The position numbers were made by a program, and so were the translations under genes. From NCBI GenBank assembly GCA_964594215.1, contig CAZQLN010000003.1:25447-89446 (forward strand): a DNA stretch of 64,000 nt. Reading direction: 5' to 3'. The notes below the pieces were generated by a model. The model worked only from the letters and a program-made list of their open reading frames with translations. It was not told where the DNA came from and did no database searches. Each line of letters begins with the position of its first letter. The stretch's first letter is position 1. This document shows, in pieces, positions 17,932-27,901 of this stretch. This DNA is from an uncultured Bdellovibrionales bacterium. Its GTDB lineage: Bacteria; Patescibacteriota; Minisyncoccia; Moranbacterales; UBA1568.

Positions 17932-20307
17932 ATGAAATATTCATATAACTGGCTCAAAGAACTTTCCGGTACACGCAAATCACCAGAACAACTGGCGAAA
18001 CTTTTGATGATGCGAGCCTTTGAAGTCGAAGAGGTGGTTAAGTACCCCCATGGTCTTGATGGTGTAGTTATCGGTAAGGTAGAAACTCTCAAAAAGCATC
18101 CAAACGCTGATAGATTGAGAGTAGCTAAAGTGCGCGTAGCTAAAGAACAAATCCAGCAAATTGTCTGTGGAGCACGAAATATAGAGGTTGGCCAAATGGT
18201 AGCGGTCATATTGCCAGGGAGTACTCTTCCTGATGGCACCTTGATTCAAGCAACTAAACTGCGTGATGTGATGTCACGAGGCATGATCTGTTCACCAAAA
18301 GAACTCGGTCTAGGAGAAAGTCACGAGGGGATTTTGGTGTTACCTGACAATGCCCCACTCGGCGCTTATTTTGCCAAACATTATGGGCTTGATGACAGCA
18401 TTCTTGATATTAAGATTTTGCCAGATCGTGGCGGAGACGCTCTTTCCCATGAGGGTATGGCTCGAGAAATCGCCGCTCTTGATGGTTATGCGCCACGCTT
18501 TACCGAAAAGGAACGAAAGAAACTTAAAATTCCAGCCTATAACCGTGCACCCAAAGTAATTATCCAAGACAAAAAAGCAAGTGGTCGTTATAGCGGGCTA
18601 CTTATCAAAGGGGTTGCTACGAGTGAATCACCATTGTGGCTTCAGACAAAACTGATTGTTCTTGGTATGAAACCCAAGAATGTCGTTGTCGATATCACTA
18701 ACTATTTGATGCTTCTTTCGGGTCAACCAGTTCACGCTTTTGATGCTGATAAAATCGAAGGTGGTATTGTAGTGCGTCGGGCTAAGAAAAATGAAAAACT
18801 GAAAATTCTTACCGGAGAGACTATTAAACTCCAGGCGACCGATATTGTTATTGCCGATAGTAAAAAAGTTCTAGCACTCGCTGGGGTAATGGGAGGAATG
18901 AATTCAGCGGTGACCGAGAAGACAACGAATATTTTTGTTGAAGTAGCGGTATTTGAAAGTACCAGTATCAGAAAAACCAAACAGCTTCATAACCTACCGA
19001 CAGATGCCAGTTATCGTTTCGAACGAGGCGTTTCCCTGGAGCTTGCGAGCGAGGTATTGCCACTTGGAGCAGCTCTTTATACAGATCTTGCAGGGGGTAA
19101 GTTGTTTGGTATGCGAGATGTGCGTTTACTCGAGCATAAGACTCACAAGATACTTCTCTCTGAACAATTAGTGCATGATGTGTTGGGTGTGCGGGTGCCC
19201 CTATTTGAAATTGTGAGGCTCTTAGCCTTACTCGGACTCAAGGTCAAAAAGAAGGCTGACAAGGCAGTCCTTGAGGTAGCTATTCCAGAAAGACGACCCG
19301 ACCTGCATGATGCTTGGAATTTGATCGAGGAAATAGGTCGTATGCGAGGTTATGACAAGATTCAAGCGGAAGCACCGCTCTTACCGCTCACTTTTCGTCA
19401 GACAGAAAATAGTCGAGCACGTGAGTATGTAGCTAAGCGTCACGCGACACTCCTTGGTTTTGATGAGGTGATGACTTATTCCTTTTATAGTGAAAAAGAT
19501 ATTCAGACCAGTAAATTCGATAAGAACACCCATGCCTATCTTGAAAGCCCACTCTCACCAGAATATACCTATCTTCGTCAGTCGCTTTTACCACTTCTTC
19601 TTCGTAAAGCCAAAGAGAATCTTCGTCATTTTGATCACTTCGCCTTGTTTGAAATAGGAAACATTTTCCTCCTCCCTCCCAAAAAAACCTTGATCGAGTG
19701 GTCAGAAATTGCTTTTGTCGAAGTGGTTAAGCCTAAAGCTGTTGAGCCAGCCCTGTTTACTCTAAAAGAGAAAGTAGTGAGTTTCCTCGCATCGCTTGAT
19801 ATTGGTGATATAGAGGTAGTGCCAATAGATGAGGATGAGGATATCAATTTTCTCCATCCTACCAGAAGAGCTGACATCACGCTTTCGGGCGTGGTAGTAG
19901 GAACGCTTGGTGAAATTCATCCAGCAATCGCCAAGAATTTTTCTCTCCCAGAGGGGAGGGTAGCGGTAGCAAGTTTACGTTTCGATGAATTGGAGCACGC
20001 TAGACGTAAAGCCACGACTTTTGAGCCATTGCAGAAATTTCCCTTTGCTACTCGTGATATTACCTTGTGGTTTCCATCCAAAGTAACTGCACTTGAGGCT
20101 CGCGAAGTGATCAAAGAAGGTGGAGGAGAGCTGCTTCGCGAGAGTGAACTTTTCGCTATTTATGAAAAAGAAGGGGAGAAGAGTTATTCCTTCCATCTGG
20201 CTTTTGGAGCGAGTGATCGTACCCTCACCGCCCTAGAGATGGACGTTTCTTTTGATACCATCGTGACTCTAGCCAAAGAACGCTATGAAGGCTATATCCG
20301 TTACTAA
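17932..20307 (+). CDS. pheT: phenylalanine--tRNA ligase beta subunit
   Basis: HPNADRL, IVCGA, VVDITNY, DASYRFERG, LIEEIGR..GYD. Confidence 0.96.
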   Translation: MKYSYNWLKELSGTRKSPEQLAKLLMMRAFEVEEVVKYPHGLDGVVIGKVETLKKHPNADRLRVAKVRVAKEQIQQIVCGARNIEVGQMVAVILPGSTLPDGTLIQATKLRDVMSRGMICSPKELGLGESHEGILVLPDNAPLGAYFAKHYGLDDSILDIKILPDRGGDALSHEGMAREIAALDGYAPRFTEKERKKLKIPAYNRAPKVIIQDKKASGRYSGLLIKGVATSESPLWLQTKLIVLGMKPKNVVVDITNYLMLLSGQPVHAFDADKIEGGIVVRRAKKNEKLKILTGETIKLQATDIVIADSKKVLALAGVMGGMNSAVTEKTTNIFVEVAVFESTSIRKTKQLHNLPTDASYRFERGVSLELASEVLPLGAALYTDLAGGKLFGMRDVRLLEHKTHKILLSEQLVHDVLGVRVPLFEIVRLLALLGLKVKKKADKAVLEVAIPERRPDLHDAWNLIEEIGRMRGYDKIQAEAPLLPLTFRQTENSRAREYVAKRHATLLGFDEVMTYSFYSEKDIQTSKFDKNTHAYLESPLSPEYTYLRQSLLPLLLRKAKENLRHFDHFALFEIGNIFLLPPKKTLIEWSEIAFVEVVKPKAVEPALFTLKEKVVSFLASLDIGDIEVVPIDEDEDINFLHPTRRADITLSGVVVGTLGEIHPAIAKNFSLPEGRVAVASLRFDELEHARRKATTFEPLQKFPFATRDITLWFPSKVTALEAREVIKEGGGELLRESELFAIYEKEGEKSYSFHLAFGASDRTLTALEMDVSFDTIVTLAKERYEGYIRY

Positions 20308-20315
20308 GTGTTTCC

Positions 20316-21422
20316 ATGAAGATAGCATTGGTGCATGACTATTTGGTGCAGTACGGGGGAGCAGAAAGAGTGTTGGAAGCCTTTCAGGAGCTCTATCCAT
20401 ATGCTCCTATCTATACCCTGATTCATGATCAGGATTCTATGCATGGTCACTTCGCCAAAAGCCGTATCCACACGTCTTTTCTCCAGCGCTTTCCTTTCTC
20501 CAAAAAACGCCACCGTTTGTTTCCGCCACTGATGCCTCTAGCTATCGAGGGTTTTGATTTGTCAGCCTATGATGTAGTACTCTCAGATTCATCGAGTTTT
20601 GCTAAGGGTGTAATCACTGGTCCAGAGACACTGCATGTCTGTTATATGCACACCCCGATGCGTTATGCGTGGGATGATTGCCAGAAGTACACAGAGGATT
20701 TTGGTCTACCTGGTTTAATCAAAAAGCTCGTGCCGTTGTTCATGAGTCCGATTCGCCTGTGGGACCGAGCCAGCGCTGAACGAGTAGATCATATTATTTC
20801 TAACTCACGCTTCGTAGCTAATCGTATTCGTAAGTATTATCGTAAAGATTCCACAGTCATTCATCCGCCAGTCAATGTCTCACAATTCTATCTCTCTCAA
20901 GAGCCCTCCAAAGACTATTTCTTGATGGTTGGCCGCCTCATTGCCTACAAGCGTCATGACATTGCTATCGAAGCTTTCAATGAACTCAAACTGCCACTCA
21001 AAATCATTGGTCGAGGACCAGAACTTGACCGCCTCAAGAAACTGGCTGGACCGACAATTGAGTTTTTGGGTCGCGTACCCGAAGAAGAACTCCCTCGTTA
21101 CTATGCTGAATGTCGAGGTTTTGTTTTCCCACAAGAAGAAGATTTCGGTATTGTAGCCATTGAGGCTATGGCTTCGGGTAAACCCCTGATCGCCTATCGA
21201 GGTGGTGATATTGTAGAACATATGGAGGAGGGAAAGATGGGTGAATATTTTGATGAACAGACCAAAGAATCCCTTATTGGAGCTCTAAAACGCTTCAAGG
21301 AAAGCGAATATGACCCAAACTACATCCGTGATAAAGCCTTTCCTTTTGACAAAGAGCGATTCAAGGCTACAATAAAGGACTACCTCGAGAAAGTGGTGAC
21401 CGAACATCAAATGAAAAGCTAA
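20316..21422 (+). CDS. glycosyltransferase family 4
   Basis: HDYLVQYGGAERV, EDFGIVAIEAMASG. Confidence 0.92.
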   Translation: MKIALVHDYLVQYGGAERVLEAFQELYPYAPIYTLIHDQDSMHGHFAKSRIHTSFLQRFPFSKKRHRLFPPLMPLAIEGFDLSAYDVVLSDSSSFAKGVITGPETLHVCYMHTPMRYAWDDCQKYTEDFGLPGLIKKLVPLFMSPIRLWDRASAERVDHIISNSRFVANRIRKYYRKDSTVIHPPVNVSQFYLSQEPSKDYFLMVGRLIAYKRHDIAIEAFNELKLPLKIIGRGPELDRLKKLAGPTIEFLGRVPEEELPRYYAECRGFVFPQEEDFGIVAIEAMASGKPLIAYRGGDIVEHMEEGKMGEYFDEQTKESLIGALKRFKESEYDPNYIRDKAFPFDKERFKATIKDYLEKVVTEHQMKS

Positions 21423-21426
21423 CTTT

Positions 21427-22047
21427 ATGGAACTCCGAGACATACTCAAACTCTTCTATCAACAGCGTAACCTCTATCTAGCGGTTATTGGTTTTTGTCT
21501 CTTGCTGGGTTTTTTGTTTACCCTTTATGAACCAGAACGCTATCAGGCAAATCTTTTGATTACTATTGGACGGACTGAGAGTGCCCCAACCGTAGAGTAC
21601 AGTTACGATAGTTTCTATCGTCTTCAGGCGGATGAGCGTTTTGCTGATACTTTGGTACGACTTTTGAGCACACCACGGGTCACTGAAGATATTTTTGCAG
21701 ACGCTCAAATAGCACCAAGTCCTGAGGCTGGTTATTTTACGGCGAGACGCTTATCATCGCAGGTAGTAGAGGTGACTTTTGAGAGTAAAGATCCCAAGAC
21801 TCTACCGATAATTGGAGCGAGTCTGGACAAGGTGCTTACTGCCTATACTGACAACCTCAACACTCAAGAGGTCAAAAAAGAAAACTGGTTCCGTGTTATC
21901 ACTGCTGATCCAGTAATTAGTGATGCTCGAGCAGGGAAGACGCTGGTATTTGTACTCGCACTCTTCGCTGGCCTTTTCTTGGGTTTCTGGTTGGTTTTAA
22001 TACGTCATTACTTATACGGATCACAACTACATGCGCATCGGGATTGA
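21427..22047 (+). CDS. Wzz/CpsC-like polysaccharide chain-length regulator
   Basis: MELRDIL start, two terminal TM helices around an external loop, located between GT genes. Confidence 0.65.
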   Translation: MELRDILKLFYQQRNLYLAVIGFCLLLGFLFTLYEPERYQANLLITIGRTESAPTVEYSYDSFYRLQADERFADTLVRLLSTPRVTEDIFADAQIAPSPEAGYFTARRLSSQVVEVTFESKDPKTLPIIGASLDKVLTAYTDNLNTQEVKKENWFRVITADPVISDARAGKTLVFVLALFAGLFLGFWLVLIRHYLYGSQLHAHRD

Positions 22048-23179
22048 TATTCGGTGTCTGGCGGAGGGACGGCGCACAGGAGTAGAAGAATATACATTAG
22101 GATTACTGAAAGAGCTCCTGCATACTGGTGGAGATCATCAGTATGTTTTGTTTTTTAATTCGTGGAAGCCAGCCCCACGTTTTCTTCAAGCACTGGCTCA
22201 TCACGGGAATGTGACCCTCAAGGCCTATCGTTTTCCCAATAAACTACTCAATTTTTGTCTGTGGTACCTCCGTTTCCCCACTCTAGATTGGCTGATGGGC
22301 GGAGTGGATGTAGTCTTTCTTCCTAACCAAAATTTTGTAGGGGTGAGTCGACAAGTGCCTCTGGTGGTCACCGCACATGATCTCTCTTTTGAGCTATTTG
22401 CGGAGACGTTTTCGTGGAAGCAGCGATTTTGGCACTATTTTGTGAATTTCCGAGGCCTCACTAGACGCGCCACTAAGGTGCTCGCGGTTTCTCATTCTAC
22501 CAAGAGAGATATCGTGGATACTTATGGCACTGGGGAACATAAGATTAAGGTGATTCCAAGCGGGTATGATACTCGCTGTCAGGTGATTGATCGTAATAAC
22601 GAAAGCCTCATTGCAGTGCAGAAACGTTACCAGTTACCTTTCAAATACATTCTTTCTTTCGCTACCTTTGAACCGCGTAAGAATCTCATTTCAGTTATCG
22701 AAGCCTACGAAGAGTTTATCAAACAGAACCCTACCTCTCCCTACCATCTGGTATTAGCTGGGAGTCCTGGTTGGGAGAAGAGAGCTCTTTATCAGCGTAT
22801 CCGTAACTCAGCGGTGGGGGAGAAGATCCATCTTATTGGTTTTGTGAGTGAGGAAGATAAACCTGGCGTCTATAACTTAGCAAGTGTTTTCGTTTATCCT
22901 TCAGTCTACGAAGGTTTTGGCTTCCCACCTCTTGAAGCTATGGCTTGTGGTGTGCCCGTGATTGTCTCACACAGTTCATCCTTACCAGAACTCGTAGCTG
23001 ACGCTGGTATCCTGATTGATCCGTACCGACCGCAGGAAATTTTCGATGCTTTTGAGGCTTTGCTCAAAGATACGGAGCTTGCTTCGCTACTACGGGCTCG
23101 AGGCCTAGAGAGAGCAACTCAGTTTTCTTGGGCGCGTACAGCCAGAGAAACTCTCGAACTATTTGAGAGCTTAGTTTAA
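22031..23179 (+). CDS. glycosyltransferase family 4 (mannosyltransferase-like)
   Basis: MRIGID, EPRKN, YEGFGFPPLEAMACG. Confidence 0.92.
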   Translation: MRIGIDIRCLAEGRRTGVEEYTLGLLKELLHTGGDHQYVLFFNSWKPAPRFLQALAHHGNVTLKAYRFPNKLLNFCLWYLRFPTLDWLMGGVDVVFLPNQNFVGVSRQVPLVVTAHDLSFELFAETFSWKQRFWHYFVNFRGLTRRATKVLAVSHSTKRDIVDTYGTGEHKIKVIPSGYDTRCQVIDRNNESLIAVQKRYQLPFKYILSFATFEPRKNLISVIEAYEEFIKQNPTSPYHLVLAGSPGWEKRALYQRIRNSAVGEKIHLIGFVSEEDKPGVYNLASVFVYPSVYEGFGFPPLEAMACGVPVIVSHSSSLPELVADAGILIDPYRPQEIFDAFEALLKDTELASLLRARGLERATQFSWARTARETLELFESLV

Positions 23180-23259
23180 GCTTTTGTGGATAACTCATCT
23201 ACAGAAAGGCTAAAAAGGAGTATAATGAAAGGGCGTAATAATTGTTTAAATAAAGCAAT

Positions 23260-24624
23260 ATGCCAAATACAAAAAGTAAGTCAGTTAATTTTTTTACCGC
23301 TCTATTGATAACCCTTTTCTCATTTTCTGGGTTCGCTTTTGCCTATACGGTAAGTACAGGTACCCCTTTTATGGCCATGATCTCACAGGCTCATAATGGT
23401 GAAGATGACAATGAAGATAGTAATGATAGTGGGGACGACAACGAGGATGATAACGAAGACGATAATGAGGATGAGAATGATGATCAGGATAAGGTAGAAA
23501 AAGAAGCTGAAAAGAAAGCTAAAGAAGAAGCTAAGCACAAGGCTGAGTTCCAGCGTGAGCAACTCAAGAAAAAGTCAGAATGGTTACGCAAACAGGTAGA
23601 GAGTCGTCGTGAAGCTGAAAACAAAATCGATGATGACGAAGATGAGAATGAAAATGAGGACGAGCAAGAACATGAGCAAGATGACAAAAAAGCAGATCTC
23701 CTCAAAGATATCAACGAAGACATTATTGATGCCGAAGAACGCATAGCGCGAGCTCAGGCTGAAGGTATTGATGTAACCAAGGCGATGGCTACTTTAGCTG
23801 TTGCCAAGGAGAAGGCTAGTGCCGCTGAGCAAGCTCTTGCTGACACTTCGTATGAGGCATTGCGGAGTATCGCCCGTGAAGTCAAAAAACTAGCTCATTT
23901 CGCTAGTCACAAGGATGTCAAAAGCTCCCGCGATATGGAGAAGGATGTGAGTAAGATAGCCAAACGTATTGCTCAAACCAAAGGCAAGATCAGTCTGTAT
24001 GAGAGTCTGGGAGGCGATGCTGGAGCACTGAGTGCCTCATTGGCTACATTGGAGTCAGAATTCAATGCTCTCAAAGAAAATCTAGCCAAGGGTGGTCAAG
24101 ACCAGATTAATGCCCTTGGAGCTCTCGATCCTCTCGAGCGCAAGGTTAAGCGTCTTAAGAGTAGTGTCGAGGCAGCTATTTATGCCCTCGGTGGCACTGA
24201 TGAGCGCTATGATGATGATTATGAAAATGAAGTAGAAGATATCTACGAAGGACTCAATGATGTTGCGGAAATTGAAGGGGATGACTTAGGTGAACAGATT
24301 CGCTCTATTGCTACTGCTCAGAAGAGCTCGGTAGATAAGGTTAGTGGTCCAGTAGAGGCTATCGATAAGCGTAGTCAGGTACTGCAGTTCCTCCTTGGTA
24401 CGAAGAAGAGTGAAATTGAGAAATTGGAAACGGAAATTACTGCTAACAAGGCTCGTATCGAAGTTTTGACTCAGGCAGCTGATAAAATAGATGATCCAGA
24501 AGTCCGTGCTATTCTCTTGGCTCAGGTGACTGATCTAGAGATGGAGACAACTAAGCTCGAGACCTTTGTCTCTGGCCAAAAAGACCGTCTCAGCGCCTTT
24601 GGCTGGTTCTTCAACCTTTTCTAG
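23260..24624 (+). CDS. secreted/anchored acidic coiled-coil hypothetical protein
   Basis: N-terminal hydrophobic signal, DDNED low-complexity repeats and long heptad-like helices. TATAAT at 23221. Confidence 0.8.
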   Translation: MPNTKSKSVNFFTALLITLFSFSGFAFAYTVSTGTPFMAMISQAHNGEDDNEDSNDSGDDNEDDNEDDNEDENDDQDKVEKEAEKKAKEEAKHKAEFQREQLKKKSEWLRKQVESRREAENKIDDDEDENENEDEQEHEQDDKKADLLKDINEDIIDAEERIARAQAEGIDVTKAMATLAVAKEKASAAEQALADTSYEALRSIAREVKKLAHFASHKDVKSSRDMEKDVSKIAKRIAQTKGKISLYESLGGDAGALSASLATLESEFNALKENLAKGGQDQINALGALDPLERKVKRLKSSVEAAIYALGGTDERYDDDYENEVEDIYEGLNDVAEIEGDDLGEQIRSIATAQKSSVDKVSGPVEAIDKRSQVLQFLLGTKKSEIEKLETEITANKARIEVLTQAADKIDDPEVRAILLAQVTDLEMETTKLETFVSGQKDRLSAFGWFFNLF

Positions 24625-24713
24625 GAGAGAAAGAGGCTAAATTAGTTTACCTCTCCTCGTTCGGAAACAAAAAATAATTTTTGTTTCGCTCACTTCAGAC
24701 GGTAATAAGACCA

Positions 24714-24742
24714 AAAAAAGGGCTCCTAGAGAGCTCTTTTTG
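24714..24742. terminator. probable bidirectional terminator
   Basis: aaaaaaagggctc-ctaga-gagctcttttt. Confidence 0.6.
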
Positions 24743-24783
24743 GGTATATGGTATAGTTTCATAATAAGAGATATCCAAAAGGC

Positions 24784-25359
24784 ATGGAAATAGAATACGA
24801 AGCTACTTTTCCTAATGTTGATAAAGACGTTGTCCGCAAGAAGCTCCAAGAAGTTGGAGCGAGTCTTTTGCGTCCTGAATATACTCAGCGACGAAGGGTC
24901 TACCACTTACCAGTAGGTCATGAAATTAACGGTGGTTGGATGAGAGTGAGAGATGAGGGAGATAAGATCATGATTACCCTCAAGATTGTTGATGGTGAGA
25001 AAATAGAAAATCAAAAAGAGATCAATCTGGGAGTTAATGACTTTGAGACAGCTTGCGAGTTGGTAAAAAATCTAGGTTGTCGAGAAAAAGCCTACCAGGT
25101 AACGAAACGTGAACTTTGGCAGCTCAATGGTGTAGAAGTAACCATTGATGAGTGGCCGTTTCTTGAACCGTTTGTTGAAGTTGAGGGCAAATCAGAAGCT
25201 GACGTAAAAGCTGTTGCGGAGAAATTGGGATTTAACTATTCGGAAGCATTATTTTGTGCTGTAGGCACACTATATGCCAAGAAATATAGTGTTAGCGAAG
25301 ATGTCATAAATAACGAAACTCCCGTTCTTGATTTTGAGGGTGAAAATCCATTTCTGTAA
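24784..25359 (+). CDS. CYTH-domain protein (class IV adenylate cyclase/triphosphatase fold)
   Basis: EIEYE start, WMRVR, KRELW, FVEVE. Confidence 0.85.
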   Translation: MEIEYEATFPNVDKDVVRKKLQEVGASLLRPEYTQRRRVYHLPVGHEINGGWMRVRDEGDKIMITLKIVDGEKIENQKEINLGVNDFETACELVKNLGCREKAYQVTKRELWQLNGVEVTIDEWPFLEPFVEVEGKSEADVKAVAEKLGFNYSEALFCAVGTLYAKKYSVSEDVINNETPVLDFEGENPFL

Positions 25360-25365
25360 GAGTTT

Positions 25366-26250
25366 ATGAATATTGCTGGTAAAGAGTATAAGCATGTTAA
25401 AGATCGTTCATATGGTCTCGGTTCTATCTATACTGATGGAGGGAGTTTTCTGCGTATTGGCGAGGAGAAATTGATCAAAGAAGAGCTAGCTTTTCATAAG
25501 AAGATCCAAAGATATGGTTTTCCAGTTGCAGATATATTAGCAGAAGGGGAAAATCAGCCGGGTCAGTATTACTATATTGAGACATCATTTGGCGATCAGC
25601 TTCTCGCAGATGTTTTTGCTGAAGAATATAAAGAACAAGGGTATGTTTCTGAAGAAAATTTCAACAAAATGTTGGCTGTAGTGTCGGACTTTGCAAGGGC
25701 ACAATATCAAACAGCCAGTACCGAGAGCAGTTTTGATGAGTTTTACCGAGGCATTAAGTGTGGCGACTTGTTAAAAGAAAAACCAGAGTTAGCTGAAAAG
25801 GCGGATGAGGTTTTTGAAAAGATAGAAGAGCGACTCAGGGTTTTTCCGAGAGTCCTTACTCATGGTGACCTGAATCCACATAATGTGTTTCCAAAAGGGG
25901 TTATCGATTTCGCAAATTCATACGAAGCGCCTTTTGGCTTTGATATTGTGAGCAATCTTTTCACCACATATTTTTTTCCTGAATCACCAACCTTTGAGTT
26001 TCAGAGAAGGTCTCAGTTCTCAGAAGAACAAAGACAGAGATATATGAGTTATTTCGACAAACTTTTTAAAGAATGGAATCTTCCCAAGTTGAGTGAGTAT
26101 CTTTCCGAATTTATCATAGCTCGTGGCGTTTGGGCTTGTGTGTGGATGGCAGAGTGGCCAAAAATTCAGACTTGGCGATATGGTAAGATTGAGAAAATGA
26201 TGGATGCATATCTTCGTGATGAGGATGTGACAAAAATCTTAATAGAGTAA
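25366..26250 (+). CDS. aminoglycoside phosphotransferase/choline kinase-like protein
   Basis: LTHGDLNPHN and GVIDF motifs. Confidence 0.8.
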   Translation: MNIAGKEYKHVKDRSYGLGSIYTDGGSFLRIGEEKLIKEELAFHKKIQRYGFPVADILAEGENQPGQYYYIETSFGDQLLADVFAEEYKEQGYVSEENFNKMLAVVSDFARAQYQTASTESSFDEFYRGIKCGDLLKEKPELAEKADEVFEKIEERLRVFPRVLTHGDLNPHNVFPKGVIDFANSYEAPFGFDIVSNLFTTYFFPESPTFEFQRRSQFSEEQRQRYMSYFDKLFKEWNLPKLSEYLSEFIIARGVWACVWMAEWPKIQTWRYGKIEKMMDAYLRDEDVTKILIE

Positions 26251-26265
26251 AGGATATAGTTTTCT

Positions 26266-26796
26266 ATGGAAATCAAGAAATGGCCAGTAGTGAGTAGGGA
26301 ATCTATTTTCAAAAAATATGGGAGAGAAGTAGAACGAGTTGATTTTGAGTTACCCGATGGCAGTGTGGCTGATTTTTATCTTAAAAAAGAGGAAGATACC
26401 GTTTGCATACTGGCTCTTACTAAGAATAATGAGGTCATCCTGGCTAAACAGTTTCGTCCTGGGCCATACGAAGTACTCCTTGAGCTTCCTGGTGGGGGTA
26501 TCGAAGAGGGGGAATCGCCAGAAGTCGCGGGAGCAAGAGAGCTACTAGAAGAGACTGGTTACGCCGGCAAGGCAGAGTTTGTCGTCCAGGCCTTGGATTG
26601 TGGCTACTCTACCAGAAGGAGAAACTGCGTTGCGATTACTGATTGTGAGAAAGTAGCTGAGATTCAGAATACAGCCACAGAAAAGACAGAGGTAGTCCTT
26701 ATGTCACTGTCAGAGTTCCGTGAGCACCTTCGCTCTGGCCAGCTAACAGATATTGAGATAGGTTATCTGGGACTTGATTATCTCGGACTCTTGTAA
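26266..26796 (+). CDS. NUDIX hydrolase (ADP-ribose pyrophosphatase-like)
   Basis: QFRPG...ELPGGGIEEGESPEVAGARELLEETG. Confidence 0.9.
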   Translation: MEIKKWPVVSRESIFKKYGREVERVDFELPDGSVADFYLKKEEDTVCILALTKNNEVILAKQFRPGPYEVLLELPGGGIEEGESPEVAGARELLEETGYAGKAEFVVQALDCGYSTRRRNCVAITDCEKVAEIQNTATEKTEVVLMSLSEFREHLRSGQLTDIEIGYLGLDYLGLL

Positions 26797-26798
26797 GT

Positions 26799-27563
26799 AT
26801 GAACAAGTCTATTGAAGTAAAAGAGCTAGACAAGGAGCTTGTGGTGCGTTTTAGTGATAAGACGATAGTGCTACCCCAAGAAGTTCGGGAGAAGATTGAT
26901 GTCTATTGGCAGAGTCTCCTTGATAGTGGGAAGAACTACCGCAGGGGAGAGGTGTTTACCGTTACTAGGGTTACGGAAACGGATGCAACTATAGAAGTGT
27001 TGGTAGAGAAGAGCGACTACGCACACTACCTGTACTGCCAGAATGTCGATACGCTTGGTGAGTATGGCGTGAGAATTATCCACACAGCTTGCCTCGTCAT
27101 TACGAGCGATAATAAAACAGTATTGGGTGAAATGGGATCTCAGACAGCTCGTGCTGGTATGTACCAGCTTTGCGGTGGAGGTATTGAGCTTAGGTATCTA
27201 TATGGTGAGGTTTTTGATTTAGATAAGAATATTAAAGAAGAATTACAAGAAGAACTTGGTATTGATGTGCAGGATAGTACGCGAGTCAAATCTTTTACCG
27301 AAAAATATCTGAAGTCCGGTGGTCCAACAGGTAAAATGACAGTCATTTACGAGTTGTTACTCAATGAGTCTCTGGAAGAATTTTTAGAACACTATGCAGA
27401 TTTTGAGGAAAAGCTTATAGAGAAAGGAGAAAACCCTGAGTTTGGAAGACTTGTAACGTTGCCACTTGATAATAAGGAATTCATAAAGAAATTCTTTGAG
27501 CAAAATGAGAAAAAGTGTGACGAGTACTTGAAGCCTTTATTTGAAGCTCTAAATTTACTCTGA
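26799..27563 (+). CDS. divergent NUDIX-fold protein
   Basis: YQLCGGG...KEELQEELGI, a degenerate Nudix box. Confidence 0.6.
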   Translation: MNKSIEVKELDKELVVRFSDKTIVLPQEVREKIDVYWQSLLDSGKNYRRGEVFTVTRVTETDATIEVLVEKSDYAHYLYCQNVDTLGEYGVRIIHTACLVITSDNKTVLGEMGSQTARAGMYQLCGGGIELRYLYGEVFDLDKNIKEELQEELGIDVQDSTRVKSFTEKYLKSGGPTGKMTVIYELLLNESLEEFLEHYADFEEKLIEKGENPEFGRLVTLPLDNKEFIKKFFEQNEKKCDEYLKPLFEALNLL

Positions 27564-27623
27564 TTTATATTTAAGATGAGAATTAAAGTTAGCACTACAA
27601 ATTAGTGAGAGTATGAGGTAACT

Positions 27624-27654
27624 TTGACAGAGATTGAGATGTGTGTTATATATT
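27624..27654 (+). promoter_or_regulatory. sigma70-type promoter of the leader/MFS unit
   Basis: TTGACA-17 nt-TATATA with TG upstream of the -10. Confidence 0.7.
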
Positions 27655-27680
27655 AATAATCTAAATTTTGGTGTAAAGAT

Positions 27681-27815
27681 ATGAATTTACAGGTCCAGCA
27701 AATGAATACAATTAAGTCACCGATCACAAACAATGATCGTGGTTTTGCCTATCTTGAAGGCAAGGCAATTGTATTAAGCTGGAGTTATCAAAATATCTTA
27801 CCAAAAACCTCTTAA
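27681..27815 (+). CDS. putative 44-aa leader peptide
   Basis: MNLQVQQMNTIKSPITNNDRGFAYLEGKAIVLSWSYQNILPKTS*, lying between the promoter and the terminator. Confidence 0.5.
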   Translation: MNLQVQQMNTIKSPITNNDRGFAYLEGKAIVLSWSYQNILPKTS

Positions 27816-27842
27816 AGCGTAGTAACTCTCTCCATTTAGATG

Positions 27843-27875
27843 GCCCCAGCTCAATATAAAAGCTGGGGCTTTTTT
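27843..27875 (+). terminator. leader terminator (attenuator) upstream of the MFS gene
   Basis: gccccagct-caatataaa-agctggggc-T6. Confidence 0.8.
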
Positions 27876-27901
27876 GAGTAAAAGTTCGTTAACAATCAAA
27901 A

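Noticed and set aside
23400-23490. Short tandem repeats as a possible CRISPR array or VNTR
   Set aside because: Imperfect in-frame codon repeats encoding DDNED, with no repeat-spacer structure and no cas genes.
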